Source: Oikopleura dioica | Taxonomy: Eukaryota > Animalia > Chordata | Direction of reading: 5' to 3' | Assembly: GCA_907165135.1 (NCBI GenBank) | Contig: OU015566.1 | Span: forward strand, 5,642,001-5,706,000 | DNA length: 64,000 nucleotides | Part shown: piece after piece, positions 60,278 to 64,000 of the stretch | Layout of the letters: each line of letters opens with the position of its first letter | Numbering within the stretch: position 1 is the stretch's first letter | Notes under the pieces: generated by a model | Database searches by the model: none | Told to the model about the DNA's origin: nothing | What the model saw: the letters and a program-made list of their open reading frames with translations, nothing else | Position numbers and translations under genes: made by a program

Positions 60278-61161
60278 ATGGATGACGATGATATGTGTTT
60301 CAAGCTTTGGCGCATCCGAAAAACCGTGATGGCCATGTGCCACGATCGAAAGTACCTCGTAGCGGTTAGTTCTTTCTCTTTAATTCGGGCATTTATCATG
60401 CGATTCTTTGTAGCAACGAGAATTGGACCAGACGCTGGAGCAATTCAAAGCGGAATTCGGCTCCCAGCCGAGTCAGAATCAGCCAAGTCGAAAAGACTTG
60501 ACGATTATTGTCTGCCACTCGGACGATCCCACTGATCAGATGTTTGTCTTCTTCCCTGAAGACCCCAAGGTACCTCCATTTCGTCATTTCCATCTCTCAC
60601 TCCCTTTTTTCAGGTGACGATCAAGCAGGTAAAAATCTACTGCCAGCGAATGCAGGAAGAAAACATTACTCGAGCTATTATCGTCATTCAACAGAGTATG
60701 ACTCCTAGTGGTACGTGAACCCGCTTACAGGGCTCTGCAACCTCTGTCAAAAATCTGAGTCGGAGTCTGTCTACATAGGTTGCGGAGCCCAGCCCCCAAA
60801 TCCATCAGGCTCTAAGTTTTTTTCTAGCGAAACAAGCACTGGATGACATGGCGCCAAAGTACACTTTGGAGTCGTTTTACGAGCAGGAGTTGATGATCAA
60901 CATCACCGAACACGAGTTGGTACCGACCCACGCCGTTTTGACGGACGACGAGAAGAAGGAATTGCTCAAGTTAGTCTACAATTCTCAAAGCCGCTCATTA
61001 ACGATTTTAGGCGATACAAGTTGAAAGAGTCGCAGCTCCCGCGAATCCAGAAATCGGACCCAGTCGCTCGATACTTTGGCGTCCAGCGCGGCCAGGTCTT
61101 TAAAATCATCCGAAGATCCGAAACTGCGGGAAGATACGTCACCTACCGTCTGGTGACATAG
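60278..61161 (+). CDS. POLR2E: RNA polymerases I/II/III subunit RPABC1 (RPB5)
   Basis: [26 protein letters not shown]|[16 protein letters not shown]...[16 protein letters not shown]...[14 protein letters not shown]...[38 protein letters not shown]; five exons. Confidence 0.97.
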
Positions 61162-61953
61162 AATGAAAGCGAAAGAATTTGAATTTGAGAAAATCTGCAA
61201 CGTACCCTGCCACTAGAATGAATTACGTCTCGAATTTCCGAAATTGAAATTGAAAGAACAAAAAAAAACTGTGAATAAAGGAAACGATGATTTCAGAAAG
61301 AAAAAGTATGAGTTTGTTGTGTCGAATTTCGGTCAGGAGAAAATCATTGTATGCATTTTTGAATATTCCAAGGGAGACGGAGACGAAAAAGGTTGAGGAA
61401 ATTATTGCGGCGAGGAAGGACGAGCTCGTGACGAAGGAAATGTCTGAGGGGAAGGGTTGAATATTGTTGTTTTGGCTTGTTTTCTCATGGGCGAATTCCG
61501 GCTTTTTTCTTATTCTTACTAACAGGAAACCGGAGTGAAAACAAAATTAAACCAAATATGAGGTTTGGCGCCCTCTTACGATCTAGTTATAAATAGCACC
61601 AACATCGCTGAAAATTATTAAAATTTCGGAATTTATTAAATGAAAAACGTGAAGTAATGCACTAAGGTCGGAATTCTCCTCACGATGTCTCCTGCAATGT
61701 TTAATAAATAAAATCTTTTGAATTCGAGTATTATTATTTATGTGTAAATTTTTTTTGATCAATATTCAACCATTGACAGAGTTGTATAGATTCCGCAAAA
61801 GCAGGCTTAATTATGACTTGATCGTTGAACTAGAAGAAAAAAAAGCAAACCGTACTGAAGAGGACCTTCTTCCTCCATCGATTAATCCCCAGACAAATGC
61901 TCTAATTGTAAGACCCATTTTCACTCACCTCTTATCCATTCTTGCAGGAAAAA

Positions 61954-63932
61954 ATGCCGGTAAACGATGACCAGAAAAACTCGCTAAAACAATCGGTCGC
62001 CCACATTGGTTTCCGCGCCTCAACTTGGGCAACGATTTTTATCTGTTGGATCGTTTTGAAATGGAACATCCTCACGAAAGAGAAGCGCCAAGAGCTCAAC
62101 AAAAAAGACATGCAAGATTATGACGATTTAGTCAATTTCAACGTCCCTATTTTTTCTGAAATGTCAATTGATAAATTTATCAAAAATTTAAAAGCATTTA
62201 ATTTTTTTGGCTGGAAAAACTTGTAAATTATATTTTCTCAAAATTCTCATTCGAAAACTTTCAGAAGAAAAATGGGATGGCTTTCTTCTTACGGCCCTCA
62301 TCACGTGAGAGCTATCAGGAGAATCAGCAGGACTCGTCCTCTTCGACTTTTTGAGAAGATCGATGATTTCGCTAAGCTGCCATCGAAAATTAAGCTGATC
62401 AACGACATCAATTACAAAAGATATCGGGAAGCGACTAAAGCCGAGTTGAAAGTTTTTGGAGAAAAGGCGAATCTGTCCAATTATAAAAAGCTCGGAAGTG
62501 GGCCTCCTTACAAGGTAGATTCGTTCGAAAATCTGGAAAGTTAACGATTCTAGTTTAAAAATACATGGCGCGAGGACGATTTCAAACGGACAGGAGCGCA
62601 CTTGCTGGTGAACCATACAGTCTTTGGCAAGCTCCGACAAGATACAGTCAACCAAACCGAGCTCTGGAATCCAATCGCGCATTTCAACATCTCCCCCGCG
62701 TCCCAGAAACTCATCAACGAATTCTACCTCCAGATTCCAGCGAAAAACGGGCTGCAATGGATGCACCATCAAATTGGATGGAGATATTTGAAGAATTTCA
62801 TGTGGTGGAGGAGTTTTCGAAAGCCGGACTATATTTTTGACATGAAGGACTTTGAGAACTCATGGGCTGTGATGGATCAGTTTTTGGATAAAGTCGAGAA
62901 AGCGGCGGAAAAACACTCGATTTCGACGATGAAATTTACAGCCGACTCGGTGAAGAATAATTATTTGGATATAACCGACACGCTGTATTTCGACCAGCCA
63001 AGATATTATTTTATGCTCAGAACGCTTGAATTTTACAAACGTTGTAATCCAGAAGTTCAGGAAATTCTAAAGCATCGAATTGACGAGTATTTCTCTCGTG
63101 AAAACATCAAAGAAGGCCAGCTCGTTTTGAGAAGACAAATCACAGACCCCCTTGATCGAGAAAATTTAAACGAGTACCTCGAAAACCCACCAAGTTATAT
63201 CGACAAATATGTTCCTGCGATGGACAAAATCTGGGAGCAACGAATCGGTGATTTCAAAATAAAACGGAATGAAGAGCTCTTTGCCGACGAAGAAAAACTC
63301 CGAGAGCTTTTTGAAAAACAGATGGAAATTGAAGCAAGAGGGTCAATCACTGTCGATGTTGATTATCCCTCGCAGACGAAATACGAACATAATCGCAAGC
63401 GACTCAATTTAGAAAAGTTCACCCCTGAGTTGGTCAAATCGATGCTAGAGAAATACATGGTCGAGTGGGAAAAGATCCTTGGCGACAGGATGATCCAAAT
63501 GTACATTGAAATGTCGGAGCATGCGATTTCCGACTTGAATCTTCTCGAGTCTCTCAAATTCCTTGAAATACGCGCGTTTTTTGAAACACTTGTTGAAGCA
63601 GGCGGCGACGATCCCGAGAAGTTCATCCGATATCTGGCCAAGCAGATGGTCTGGGGAAGCTACAGCGAAGTTGCGATGTCACAAGAATATCTCGTCACAA
63701 CCATGATTCTGCTCCCACATGTTTGGGATTATTGCATCATGACACTGGAGAAGGCCTTGATCAATCCGACCTTCGAGGATTACAAAAGATGGTTCACTGG
63801 GGACAATAATGATCACGTCGGCAATGCGGGAGCGTTGTTCCATGATTTGGCGTATCATAAGTCTTCAGAAATCGGACTTCAGTTGAATAGAGTGCTAGTC
63901 AATTTGATGAGGGAGACTCTTCAGTTTCATAG
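61954..63932 (+). CDS. Large hypothetical protein, family not recognised; probably continues past the right edge
   Basis: Exons ~61954-62125, ~62265-62515 and ~62560-63932 (444-aa ORF), ending at an AG|GTAAGC donor. One N-terminal hydrophobic stretch. Confidence 0.7.
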
Positions 63933-64000
63933 GTAAGCTCATGTTGAATATCTAGAGGATAGGAGTTCGTGAACGATTAGTTTATCAAGTCTGTAATACT

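Noticed and set aside
1-64000. tRNA, rRNA, SL RNA or an autonomous transposase/reverse transcriptase
   Set aside because: None recognised by eye. tRNAscan-SE, Infernal and a TE-protein search would be needed to exclude divergent copies.

Overview
Eukaryotic genomic DNA, very compact, with many 30-50 nt introns, GC-AG and GA-AG introns, and acceptor-like (Y)nCAG just upstream of several ATGs. These traits suggest an appendicularian tunicate such as Oikopleura (inference). Conserved genes recognised: TRIP12 (runs off the left edge), an SNX22/24-like PX protein, a gamma-syntrophin-like protein, an FGFR-like Ig receptor tyrosine kinase, GINS1, SF3B5, PREP, a CatSper3/4-like channel, a ~4000-codon PKHD1L1 (fibrocystin-L)-like gene, a DOMON protein, an ENDOD1-like nuclease and POLR2E. 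Four genes sit antisense inside host introns. The C-type-lectin gene nested in PKHD1L1 has been copied out twice (once direct, once inverted) with pieces of host exons, and the copies differ in sugar-binding motif, domain order and splice-donor type. Ten small non-autonomous inverted-repeat elements have readable target-site duplications (3, 8 or 9 bp); two are nested inside others and two sit in coding exons. An eleventh inverted-repeat element spans an entire intron (introner-like). Several -1 frameshifts fall in homopolymer runs and are probably assembly errors. No tRNA, rRNA or CRISPR array was seen. Exon boundaries were read by eye.
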